From Candidatus Nomurabacteria bacterium (GTDB lineage: Bacteria > Patescibacteriota > Minisyncoccia > Phycocordibacterales > UBA9973): a stretch of DNA of 64,000 bases. Below are positions 38,285 to 47,069 of the stretch, one piece after another; position 1 is the stretch's first letter; every line of letters starts with the position of its first letter. Location of the stretch: the NCBI GenBank assembly GCA_023267375.1, contig JAHFNJ010000004.1, positions 513 through 64,512 of the forward strand. The letters are read 5' to 3'. The notes below the pieces were generated by a model. That model did not search any database and was not told the DNA's origin. It was given only the letters and a program-made list of their open reading frames with translations. The position numbers and the translations under genes were made by a program.

Positions 38285-38293
38285 TGAGTATCT

Positions 38294-38935
38294 TTATTTT
38301 GTTTCGTCAGCAGGAGCTTCGGCGTCTTCTTTCTTACCTTTCTCAACAGACACTTCAATTGCAGAGAGATCAACTGGTCCAGTTTCTTCTTTTTCTTCCT
38401 TTGCAGCCTGAACGAGAGCAACTACTTCTTCAGCTGGAGTAACCGCAACAACCCCCTTTGGTAATACGATATCACTTACGTGAATCTTATCTTCGAGTGT
38501 TGCAAGAGACGAGATATCAACAGTGATTGAGTGTGGAAGATCCTTCGGAAGGGCCTTAATTTCAAGCTCATGGAGCACCTTCGTGAGTGAACCAAGACCT
38601 TGTTTTACCGCTGGTGCTTCGCCAGTAAACTCAAGCGGTACACCAACTTCAATTTCCTTATTCATATCGATAACAAGAAAGTCAGCGTGAATAGGAAAAC
38701 CTTTTACAGGATCAACCTGTACTTCATGAATAAGCGTTTCCACCTTTCCAGATGGAGTTTCGAGAGTAACGGTTGAAGATTCGCCGGCATTCTTCCAAAC
38801 CTTTTCGAACTCTTTAAGCGATACAGCAATAGAAGTAGTTTCTTTGCCAGCACCGTAAAATACAGCCGGCATATAACCGGTCTCAAGAGCGCCCTTTGTG
38901 CCCGCAGTGCGAGCTTTTGCAGTGATTGAAAACAT
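38294..38935 (-). CDS. rplY: 50S ribosomal protein L25 / general stress protein Ctc
   Basis: 'PAVFYGAGKETTSIAVSLKEFEKV...' L25 beta-barrel plus Ctc C-terminal domain. Start placed at ATG 38935, right after a TATAAT box (leaderless?); the track start at 39013 is upstream. Confidence 0.75.
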   Translation of the reverse strand: MFSITAKARTAGTKGALETGYMPAVFYGAGKETTSIAVSLKEFEKVWKNAGESSTVTLETPSGKVETLIHEVQVDPVKGFPIHADFLVIDMNKEIEVGVPLEFTGEAPAVKQGLGSLTKVLHELEIKALPKDLPHSITVDISSLATLEDKIHVSDIVLPKGVVAVTPAEEVVALVQAAKEEKEETGPVDLSAIEVSVEKGKKEDAEAPADETK

Positions 38936-39060
38936 GAGGCTCATTATATACAAAAAAGCCAAAAAGGCAAGTTTTGGTGACCACGGCTGTGGCAAAGATC
39001 CTTGCCATACCATTGATTTAATTATATAGTTACGAAAATTTACTTAAAACCCCTGTACCC

Positions 39061-39663
39061 ATGAAAAAGAAAATAAGCGCTGATCCAAAAATGAAGGTGC
39101 CTGGAATTGGAATGCTGCTTGTTGCTCAACCAATGCTACCACCACTTCTAGTAAAAGAGTACCCGTATGTAAAAAGATCAGTAATCTTAATCGTACAGCA
39201 CAACGAAGTAGGGACAATCGGTTTGATTTTAAATAGAATAACTAAAACCACCGTTCCCGAGATAATGACAAACTTCCCTTCATTTGATGTACCTGCATAC
39301 TACGGCGGACCAAAAACCGGAAAAAGTCTATTCTACCTGCATACGTTTGATAATAAAAAATTACCAAAATCAATCGAAATTGGTAATGAAATTTATTGGC
39401 AGGGGGATTTTGAGACACTCAAAATGCTCATAGAAGCAGGAGAAGTACCTGAAGACAAAATTCATTTTGTTGTTGGATCCTGCCACTGGTCAGCCGACGA
39501 GCTCACGAAAGATCTACAAGACAACCTCTTTTTTGTCGAAGTTGCCAAGAAAGAGTACGTTTTCTGTGAGGATTACGACAAACTTTGGGGAAATGTATTG
39601 AAAGATACAGGACATCCATATGGCATTATGAAAAATTTTCCTGTAGATCCGGAATTCAACTAA
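39061..39663 (+). CDS. YqgE/AlgH family protein (UPF0301)
   Basis: 'SVILIVQHNEVGTIGLILNR...YYGGP...W.GDFE' matches DUF179. Confidence 0.75.
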   Translation: MKKKISADPKMKVPGIGMLLVAQPMLPPLLVKEYPYVKRSVILIVQHNEVGTIGLILNRITKTTVPEIMTNFPSFDVPAYYGGPKTGKSLFYLHTFDNKKLPKSIEIGNEIYWQGDFETLKMLIEAGEVPEDKIHFVVGSCHWSADELTKDLQDNLFFVEVAKKEYVFCEDYDKLWGNVLKDTGHPYGIMKNFPVDPEFN

Positions 39664-39688
39664 GCTTTATTCAAATATTTTGAAAAAG

Positions 39689-39718
39689 AAACCCACTTTA
39701 CAGTGGGTTTTACTTTTT
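39689..39718. terminator. Bidirectional terminator
   Basis: 'aaacccactttacagtgggttttactttttt'. Confidence 0.65.
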
Positions 39719-39951
39719 TAATACAGCTTTCCATTTAAAAGAGTTTTTATTTGATCTTGTGCGATAGATAAATATTTGCGCATACCCCGACGAATATCTT
39801 TCTCCTCTGCAACTGACTTCGGCCGAGCATTTTGATACCATTCAATTATGTCTCTTTTGAGACCGTCTCGAATCCACTGGATATCATTCATAATATCATC
39901 TTGTCTCTGTTGTGCTCTATTTGTATCAAATTCTTCTTTTTCTTCTGCCAT
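39718..39951 (-). CDS. Hypothetical small charged protein (77 aa)
   Basis: ORF only. Confidence 0.4.
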   Translation of the reverse strand: MAEEKEEFDTNRAQQRQDDIMNDIQWIRDGLKRDIIEWYQNARPKSVAEEKDIRRGMRKYLSIAQDQIKTLLNGKLY

Positions 39952-39990
39952 ACATTTTTAAAAAATTACTACTAATATTTTTATTAGAAC

Positions 39991-41658
39991 CTAAGAATTA
40001 TGGGTTGTGTGTGGCGCATCGGGCTTGATAATATATTTTTCAATATCTTTTATGGTATCCCCTACTTTCTTTTTTGGATTTAAAATAGTTTGCGGATCAA
40101 ATGTTCGCTTCACGTCTTCAAAAAGTGAGTAGATATGTTCTCCGTACATCAGTGGCAAATACGGAGTACGGATAATGCCATCGTTATGCTCTGCTGTAAT
40201 CGAACCATCATACTTCACGACTAAGTTGTACACTTTTTCTGAAATCTCAAGAATCTGCGGCACTGTACGCGGATCATTGAAATCCATGAGTGGAATGATG
40301 TGGAAATTACCATTACCTGCATGTCCAGCAATCGTATAGATGATATTTTTATAGGGGTCGAGAATCGCATTCAATTGCGGCAAAAATTCTGGCAACACGT
40401 TCGGCGGCACAATAATGTCATCAATGAATGGCGCTGTGCGACGGCCTTCGACGTGCTTGCGCAACAGCGCGAACGAATCGCGGCGCATCTGCCAGTACTT
40501 GTTTGCTTCACGGTCATTTTTCGTGATATGTGTCCTGAAACCGAAGTGCGCAATTTTCTTTCGTGCTTCATCGCACGCAAGAGCAACCTCTTGTTCACTC
40601 TCTCCAGAAAATTCAGCGAGTAAAATCAACTTTGGTACACCGCCAGTCAGTATCATGGTAAATTCTGGCATGAATGAAAGCGCGTATTTGAACAATCCCC
40701 AGACGCCTTTCGCTTTTACAAGATCTTTGAAAAACTTCATTGCAAGTTTAAAGGTCTTGTCATCGTATGATTCCAAACTTTCTGGCTTAAGCGGAAGAAT
40801 TTCATCAACAACACTGCCTAGGTGTGTCAGATCATTCATAAATACCACCATAAGCTTTGTAGCTCGATCAACGGGCACTAAAGAAAGTTTAATCTCGGTC
40901 ACAACACCCAGTGTACCTTGAGAACCAACAATCAATTTTGAAAGATCAAACAACTCACCATCATAGATGTCCCAGAGGTCATACCCTGCACTATTTTTTG
41001 AAACTTTTGGTCGTGCTTTCTGGATAGAATCTTGATTCTTATTTATCATTTCGAGCATTTCCCGATACACACTACCTTCAAAATCGGTCTGCGCCACTTT
41101 TGCATAGAGCTCTTTTTTTGTAAGCGGGCGAATGACATTTTCAAAACCATCAGCAAAGACAACCTTGAGTTCCTTCACGAAGTTTCGAGTGGAACCGTAC
41201 TTCAAACTCTTTTCCCCAGAAGAATTGTTCCCCACCATCCCGCCCAGGGCATTGATCGATTTCGATGCAGTATAACAAGGCAAGATAAGCCCATGCTTTA
41301 CTGTTTCAGTTTCAAAATCACGGTAAAACATTCCCGGCTGGACAATCGCTTCTTTTTTTTCTGGCGACAACGAAACAAGCGCATTCATATAGCGCGTAAA
41401 ATCCATAATGATCGAATCATTGATTGCCCCACCAGACATATCGGTACCAGCTGAACGCGCAGTAATAGAAAGAGTTGAGTCATTTTTTTTATTTTCTTTT
41501 ACCCATCGTACAAGTTCTTTTACGTCTTCGGCATTCTTCGGATACACCACGAGCTTCGGCATGATTTCAAAAAGACTCGCATCGTGACTATACGTCTTCA
41601 GCGTTTCTATTGAATCATCTATATCACCCTTGAAAAATTTTTTAATTTGGTCTTTCAT
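39991..41658 (-). CDS. FAD-linked oxidase (GlcD/D-lactate dehydrogenase-like)
   Basis: PCMH-type FAD-binding region 'SITARSAGTDMSGGAIN'; 555 aa. Confidence 0.8.
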   Translation of the reverse strand: MKDQIKKFFKGDIDDSIETLKTYSHDASLFEIMPKLVVYPKNAEDVKELVRWVKENKKNDSTLSITARSAGTDMSGGAINDSIIMDFTRYMNALVSLSPEKKEAIVQPGMFYRDFETETVKHGLILPCYTASKSINALGGMVGNNSSGEKSLKYGSTRNFVKELKVVFADGFENVIRPLTKKELYAKVAQTDFEGSVYREMLEMINKNQDSIQKARPKVSKNSAGYDLWDIYDGELFDLSKLIVGSQGTLGVVTEIKLSLVPVDRATKLMVVFMNDLTHLGSVVDEILPLKPESLESYDDKTFKLAMKFFKDLVKAKGVWGLFKYALSFMPEFTMILTGGVPKLILLAEFSGESEQEVALACDEARKKIAHFGFRTHITKNDREANKYWQMRRDSFALLRKHVEGRRTAPFIDDIIVPPNVLPEFLPQLNAILDPYKNIIYTIAGHAGNGNFHIIPLMDFNDPRTVPQILEISEKVYNLVVKYDGSITAEHNDGIIRTPYLPLMYGEHIYSLFEDVKRTFDPQTILNPKKKVGDTIKDIEKYIIKPDAPHTTHNS

Positions 41659-41659
41659 T

Positions 41660-41980
41660 TTATTTTTCCCAAAAAATAAGTGCGAGCGCCACTACCCCTA
41701 AAATCATACCAATTATTTGTATTTTATTTACCTCTTCTTTATAAAAACAAACACCAATGAGTAGCGCTACCGCAGCTGAGCACACAGAAAACACGACTAC
41801 ACCTCTCCCCAACCCTGAACCTTCTTTTAAGCTTGAGAGCCAGAACATCGTAGCACACACATAAAAGAGAAGGGCTCCGGCCCAAAAATACCAATGCCCT
41901 TTTAGTGAATACTCTTTTGCAAATATATCAGCAATCAACTCTGCCAAAACAACAAGGGTAATAGGGAGTAACCAAGACAT
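41660..41980 (-). CDS. Small 4-TM transporter-like protein (SMR/DMT superfamily)
   Basis: 106 aa, four hydrophobic helices, conserved Glu in TM1 ('LAELIADIFAKEYS'). Confidence 0.5.
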   Translation of the reverse strand: MSWLLPITLVVLAELIADIFAKEYSLKGHWYFWAGALLFYVCATMFWLSSLKEGSGLGRGVVVFSVCSAAVALLIGVCFYKEEVNKIQIIGMILGVVALALIFWEK

Positions 41981-41986
41981 ATATAA

Positions 41987-42856
41987 TCACTTCATTCCGT
42001 TAAATAATTGTAATCGCGCTTCCACTACTGCTTCAATAGCATCTACCGCTGGCTGTAGAATTTTCGCCGGAGTTATTTCAGATGGATTGTCTTTCATCGA
42101 TTTCTCAGTCGCTTCTTTGAACGCCAGTCGTATCTCGCTATTTATATGCACTATGGAAATACCAGCCTTGATTGCATTCGTAAAATCCTCATCACGAAGT
42201 CCAGAGCCCCCATGAAGCACAAGTGGAATTCCGGTGATCTTTCTGATTTCTGCCACCAGTTCTGCATTGATATGCGGCTTGCCAGTCTTGATAAGCCCAT
42301 GAATGCTGCCGACTGAGGGGGCAAATAAATCTACGCCCGTCATTTCCACAAACTTTTGAGCATCTTCAGGTTTTGTTAAGATCCCTGCGCCTTCTGGGAT
42401 ACTGTCTCGCACGATAGATCCAGAACCAATAAACCCGAGTTCAGCTTCGACTAAAATGTCCCTACCTGTCTTTGCTGTCACTTCACGAGCATAATCGACA
42501 CACTGTTTCGTAATTTTCACATTCTCTTCAAAAGGCAATTTTGCTACATCGATAATGACAGAATCATATCCAGCATCAATGCATTTTTTCACTGATTCAA
42601 AACTGCTGTGGTGGTCAGCGTTCAAAAAAATTGGATACTCATCTCGCTCGCGAATTGTTTTAACCAAAGCAACAGCTTCTTCTAAACCGACAAACTTTTC
42701 TTCCCCCTCTGAGAGTCCGATAATCACCGGTACATCTACTTTTTTTGCTGCGTTGTAAATACCATGCAGCGCCTCAAGGTTTGAAATATTAAAATGGCCG
42801 ATAGCAACTCCTTTTGCTTCGGCTTCTTGTATACATTCACGTAACGTTTTTTTCAT
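41987..42856 (-). CDS. fba: Class II fructose/ketose-bisphosphate aldolase
   Basis: 'AIGHFNISNLE', 'LNADHHSS', 'VLHGGSG'; start at ATG 42856. Confidence 0.85.
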   Translation of the reverse strand: MKKTLRECIQEAEAKGVAIGHFNISNLEALHGIYNAAKKVDVPVIIGLSEGEEKFVGLEEAVALVKTIRERDEYPIFLNADHHSSFESVKKCIDAGYDSVIIDVAKLPFEENVKITKQCVDYAREVTAKTGRDILVEAELGFIGSGSIVRDSIPEGAGILTKPEDAQKFVEMTGVDLFAPSVGSIHGLIKTGKPHINAELVAEIRKITGIPLVLHGGSGLRDEDFTNAIKAGISIVHINSEIRLAFKEATEKSMKDNPSEITPAKILQPAVDAIEAVVEARLQLFNGMK

Positions 42857-42891
42857 AGCTCTAGTATACCAAAATATGCTAAAATAGCCCC

Positions 42892-43890
42892 ATGGAAAAC
42901 AACAAATCTGTGGACATTTTCGCAATCGGTGACGTGGTTATCGATGCTTTTATCAGACTGAAAGATGCTGAAGCAACCTGTGATCTCAATCGCGAACATT
43001 GCAAAATCTCTCTTCGTTTCGGCGATAAAGTTCCGTACGAATCAGTTGAAGTATTGTATGCCGTTGGTAATAGTGCTAATGCAGCCGTATCTGCGTCTCG
43101 ACTTGGACTTTCTGCGGCTCTCTCAGCGTCAGTCGGCAATGACCAAAATGGTAAGGATTGTCTAGAAACACTGAAAGGAAACAACATTATAACCGAGTAT
43201 GTCGAAGTCGACCCAAAACTTCCGACAAATTACCACTACGTGCTCTGGTATGATGTTGAACGGACTATTTTGGTAAAACACGCACCATTTGAACGACACC
43301 TCCCGCAAAATCTCGTCACACCAAAATGGATTTATCTAAGTTCACTTGGAGAAAATACTGAGGACTTTCACCATGAGATTGCAACATGGCTCAAAGCAAA
43401 TACAGAAACGAAACTCGCTTTCCAGCCGGGGACATTTCAAATAAAACTTGGCAAAGAAAAGTTGAAAGATATTTACAGCCTCTCACATATCTTTTTCTGT
43501 AACTTTGAAGAAGCGCAGCGCATTTTAGAAACCAAAGAGGAAGATAAGAAAAAATTGATGGATATGCTCCATGAGCTTGGACCAAAAATTGTGGTAGTTA
43601 CGGATGGTATTTTGGGAGCATATGCACGCGAAGAAGACGGTACGTACTGGTATATGCCTATTTACCCCCACGAACCGTTTGAACGAACAGGTGCAGGCGA
43701 CGCCTTCTCCTCTACCATAATGTCGGCTCTTGCTAAAGGTCTGTCACTCGAAGAAGCACTCTTGTGGGCACCAATCAACGCAATGTCTGTCACGCTTCAA
43801 GTAGGCGCCCAAAAAGGATTGCTGACCGAAACTCAATTGAAAGAATATTTAACTAAAGCACCAGCTGATTACAAACCTAAGAAAATATAA
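42892..43890 (+). CDS. PfkB-family carbohydrate kinase
   Basis: 'GAGDAFSSTIMSALAKG' PfkB signature 2. Confidence 0.8.
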   Translation: MENNKSVDIFAIGDVVIDAFIRLKDAEATCDLNREHCKISLRFGDKVPYESVEVLYAVGNSANAAVSASRLGLSAALSASVGNDQNGKDCLETLKGNNIITEYVEVDPKLPTNYHYVLWYDVERTILVKHAPFERHLPQNLVTPKWIYLSSLGENTEDFHHEIATWLKANTETKLAFQPGTFQIKLGKEKLKDIYSLSHIFFCNFEEAQRILETKEEDKKKLMDMLHELGPKIVVVTDGILGAYAREEDGTYWYMPIYPHEPFERTGAGDAFSSTIMSALAKGLSLEEALLWAPINAMSVTLQVGAQKGLLTETQLKEYLTKAPADYKPKKI

Positions 43891-43894
43891 CTTT

Positions 43895-44251
43895 ATGATC
43901 GAACGTATAAACCTCTCAGAACAAGAAGAGCGGTACTTGAAGAAAAAAGGAGATGTTTTAAACAAGGAGGAAGATACTATCTTCAAAGAAGCACTTCAAA
44001 AAAACATAAGTAAACGAGAAGAATTGGAATATTTACAGAAAGAATTGCGCGAAAAACTGAATGAAAAAGTGGTGATTGAAGATGCTTTCCAATCACTTAC
44101 CGGAACAAGAAATGTGCGGACGAAAGATACATTCGATTTTATAGATAAGAGCCTTGGAGAGGAATTTGAAAGATTGAAGGCAGACTATGAGGAATGCAAC
44201 TTTCAAATCATCGAACTGAACGAAAAGTTAAAGAAACTAGGCAAAAAATAA
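43895..44251 (+). CDS. Hypothetical coiled-coil protein (118 aa)
   Basis: ORF only. Confidence 0.4.
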   Translation: MIERINLSEQEERYLKKKGDVLNKEEDTIFKEALQKNISKREELEYLQKELREKLNEKVVIEDAFQSLTGTRNVRTKDTFDFIDKSLGEEFERLKADYEECNFQIIELNEKLKKLGKK

Positions 44252-45250
44252 TTATTTGCGCCGCAACGCTTTCTCGACCGCAGCCTTGATGCTCTTCACT
44301 CCCATTCCATAGTATTCAATGAGCTCTTCAGGCGTTCCTGACTGACCAAATTTATCTTTGACGCCGACGAATTCAATCGGTACTGGGTATTTTTGTACGA
44401 GCACTTCCGCAACCGCACTTCCTAGCCCTCCAGCTATTTGGTGCTCTTCTACGGTAACAATAGCTCGTGTCTCTCGTGCAATTGCCTCAATAAGCTCTGC
44501 ATCAATCGGTTTGATGGTTGAGATGTTCACTACCGCTACTTTTATTCCCTCTTCTTTTTCTAATTCTTTTGCAGCAATAATCGCCTTGTACACGAGTGCA
44601 CCCGTTGCAATAATACCCACCTGTGCCAGACCTGTATCAGGTATATAAACGGTCTGCCCCTTACCTATTTCAAATGGAGTCTCTTCTGTCGTCATAACAG
44701 GGGTCTTCTCGCGCGCCAAACGCAGATATGCCGGCTTTGCGAGCTTTGCGAGCGCCAATGTAGCTTTCCTTGCTTCGATTGCATCACATGGCGAAATAAC
44801 CATCATATTGGGCATGACACGCATAATAGCCATATCTTCTATGGCTTGATGCGTCCCACCGTCAGGGCCAACCGAAACACCAGCGTGGCTTCCCACAATT
44901 TTTACCGGACGATCATTGTACGCAATAGTCGTGCGAATTTGTTCCCAGTTTCTTCCTGGTGAAAACATTGCATATGAAGAAACGAATGGAATCTTCCCCA
45001 TCGCAGCCATTCCAGAAGCAACGGTTACCAAGTTTTGCTCTGCGACACCAATTTCAACAAATCGTTCAGGAAATTTTTCCTTAAACAAATGCATCTGTGT
45101 ACTTTCAGTCAGATCTGCACATAGTGCAACAACATTTGCATCTACTTCGCCGGCTTTCACGAGCCCCTCACCGAATCCTTTGCGGATCGGTACTTGCTCC
45201 ACATCAGGATTGAATAGTTTTGGATTTAATTTTGAGTGAGGATTAAGCAT
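44252..45250 (-). CDS. Transketolase, C-terminal (pyrimidine-binding) subunit
   Basis: 'IRKGFGEGLVKAGE...VVALCADL...FVEIGVAEQNLV'; start at ATG 45250. Confidence 0.85.
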   Translation of the reverse strand: MLNPHSKLNPKLFNPDVEQVPIRKGFGEGLVKAGEVDANVVALCADLTESTQMHLFKEKFPERFVEIGVAEQNLVTVASGMAAMGKIPFVSSYAMFSPGRNWEQIRTTIAYNDRPVKIVGSHAGVSVGPDGGTHQAIEDMAIMRVMPNMMVISPCDAIEARKATLALAKLAKPAYLRLAREKTPVMTTEETPFEIGKGQTVYIPDTGLAQVGIIATGALVYKAIIAAKELEKEEGIKVAVVNISTIKPIDAELIEAIARETRAIVTVEEHQIAGGLGSAVAEVLVQKYPVPIEFVGVKDKFGQSGTPEELIEYYGMGVKSIKAAVEKALRRK

Positions 45251-45257
45251 AGAGTAA

Positions 45258-45863
45258 TTATAGCGCAATAAGACCCAATGTTACGAAACCCAAACCAACA
45301 GCACATTTTCTTATAAAAGATACGTCAGTTTTTTCTAAAAGTTTTCTGATAGTAACTGTTGCAAAAAGAGCACCAATACCAAGCACTCCGCTATAGAATG
45401 CGATCATCGTAGGATAAGAAAACGGAACACTATCCAACGTTCCTAAAACTAAAGCAGCCGTCCATGATACGACCGAAAGAACTCCTGAAAGAATTATCCA
45501 TGATCCTTGTTTCCCTTGCACACCTATAAAGAGAGTCGCACCGATTCGTCTTTTAATAAACGGTAGATGGTACACGTGAAAAATAATTCCGTTTATGGTA
45601 AGCAATAACACAATACTCATCTTGCTCATAAATTTTACCGAATGGAGGTAGAAATCAGGCTTCGCAAGAAAAAGTCCCACTCCTGAAAAAATAAGGAGTG
45701 CTAGTCCCACCCACACAAATCTACTCAATCGTATTAGTCGACGAAATTCAGTTTGATCAATTACTCCATCTCTAATCGAGCGCATAAAAGTGATATCGCT
45801 CGTATAAGCAGCGCCTGCGCCGATAAATGCTCCCAATATATGTCCAATGATAAAAATATTCAT
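45258..45863 (-). CDS. Hypothetical polytopic membrane protein between the transketolase halves
   Basis: 201 aa, 5-6 TM helices; no family recognised. Confidence 0.45.
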   Translation of the reverse strand: MNIFIIGHILGAFIGAGAAYTSDITFMRSIRDGVIDQTEFRRLIRLSRFVWVGLALLIFSGVGLFLAKPDFYLHSVKFMSKMSIVLLLTINGIIFHVYHLPFIKRRIGATLFIGVQGKQGSWIILSGVLSVVSWTAALVLGTLDSVPFSYPTMIAFYSGVLGIGALFATVTIRKLLEKTDVSFIRKCAVGLGFVTLGLIAL

Positions 45864-45875
45864 AATTATATTATC

Positions 45876-46187
45876 TTAATATGGTAGGAAACCATTCTCT
45901 TCAGCATTTTTAGAATTTTTATAGCCACTATCATCAAAATACTCCTTTAATGTATGGTGATTTATAATAAATACAACGTCAGAAATTGTCAGGAACATCA
46001 ATCTTGATTTGTAACACCTAGAGGAAGTTGCAATTTGGCACGCTCCTTGAGTCCATCCTTCCTTCGCGTAGAAGGGAATTATGGGGAAAAACAATCCTAA
46101 AAGAATCCAGATACTTATTAATACAATAAAAAATTGTACACGTTTTTTTGGTTTTATGCTTTTCGATGCAAATTGAGTATTTTCCAT
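45876..46187 (-). CDS. Hypothetical small membrane-anchored protein (AT-rich gene)
   Basis: 103 aa; ORF only. Confidence 0.35.
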   Translation of the reverse strand: MENTQFASKSIKPKKRVQFFIVLISIWILLGLFFPIIPFYAKEGWTQGACQIATSSRCYKSRLMFLTISDVVFIINHHTLKEYFDDSGYKNSKNAEENGFLPY

Positions 46188-46200
46188 AATTTATAATTAT

Positions 46201-47064
46201 CTACTGATGCTCGCTCTGAATCTTACCACCTAATGTTCGCAGTTCATGGAGCGCCATTTTCGCCTCATCGAGAGACGGCGGCTTACCATGCCAGTGAAAA
46301 TCTCGTTCAAACTCTTTCACGCCTTTGCCGGGAATCGTATGCGCAATAATAACGGTTGGTTTCTCAAAAATAGCTTTCGCTTGATTAAAAGCTTGTGAAA
46401 GCGCTCGAAAATCATGACCATCAACTTCAATCACATGCCAATTGAAGGCCCGCCATTTTTCTGCAAGATCATCAAGCGGCATAATATCTTCTGTATAGCC
46501 ATCGATCTGAATATTATTGCGATCAACTATTGCAATTAGGTTATGGATTTTTTCTTTTGCTGCGAGCATGATCGCTTCCCAGCTATTGCCTTCATCAAGT
46601 TCACCATCAGACATGAGACAATAGACGAAACGATCTACCCCATTGCCGCCATCCATTCGATCAGCAATAGCCATCCCAACAGCCTGCGACAACCCAGCTC
46701 CAAGTGGACCAGAACTTGTTTCAAGCCATGGCATAAACTCACGATGTGGATGTCCCTGGAGTCGTGAACCGAACTTACGGAGGGTTTGCAGCTCTTCAAG
46801 CGGAAAATACCCAGCATGTGCCATAGTTGCATAATAGACGGGACAAATATGACCATTCGAAAGAACAAGGCGGTCACGCTCCGGCCAATCTGGAATTTGC
46901 GGATCATGTTTCAAAACATCAAAGAAAAGAATGGTAAAAATATCCGCCATACCAAGAGGACCCGCAGTATGGCCACTCCCTGCTTCAACAAGCATTTCGA
47001 TGATTGATTCACGAATATTATTTGCTACTGTTTCCAGATTTTTTATTTTTGTGTCGGTCAACAT
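46201..47064 (-). CDS. Transketolase, N-terminal (TPP-binding) subunit
   Basis: 'GSGHTAGPLGMADIFTILFFDVLK...LSNGH'. Confidence 0.85.
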   Translation of the reverse strand: MLTDTKIKNLETVANNIRESIIEMLVEAGSGHTAGPLGMADIFTILFFDVLKHDPQIPDWPERDRLVLSNGHICPVYYATMAHAGYFPLEELQTLRKFGSRLQGHPHREFMPWLETSSGPLGAGLSQAVGMAIADRMDGGNGVDRFVYCLMSDGELDEGNSWEAIMLAAKEKIHNLIAIVDRNNIQIDGYTEDIMPLDDLAEKWRAFNWHVIEVDGHDFRALSQAFNQAKAIFEKPTVIIAHTIPGKGVKEFERDFHWHGKPPSLDEAKMALHELRTLGGKIQSEHQ

Positions 47065-47069
47065 CGTTT

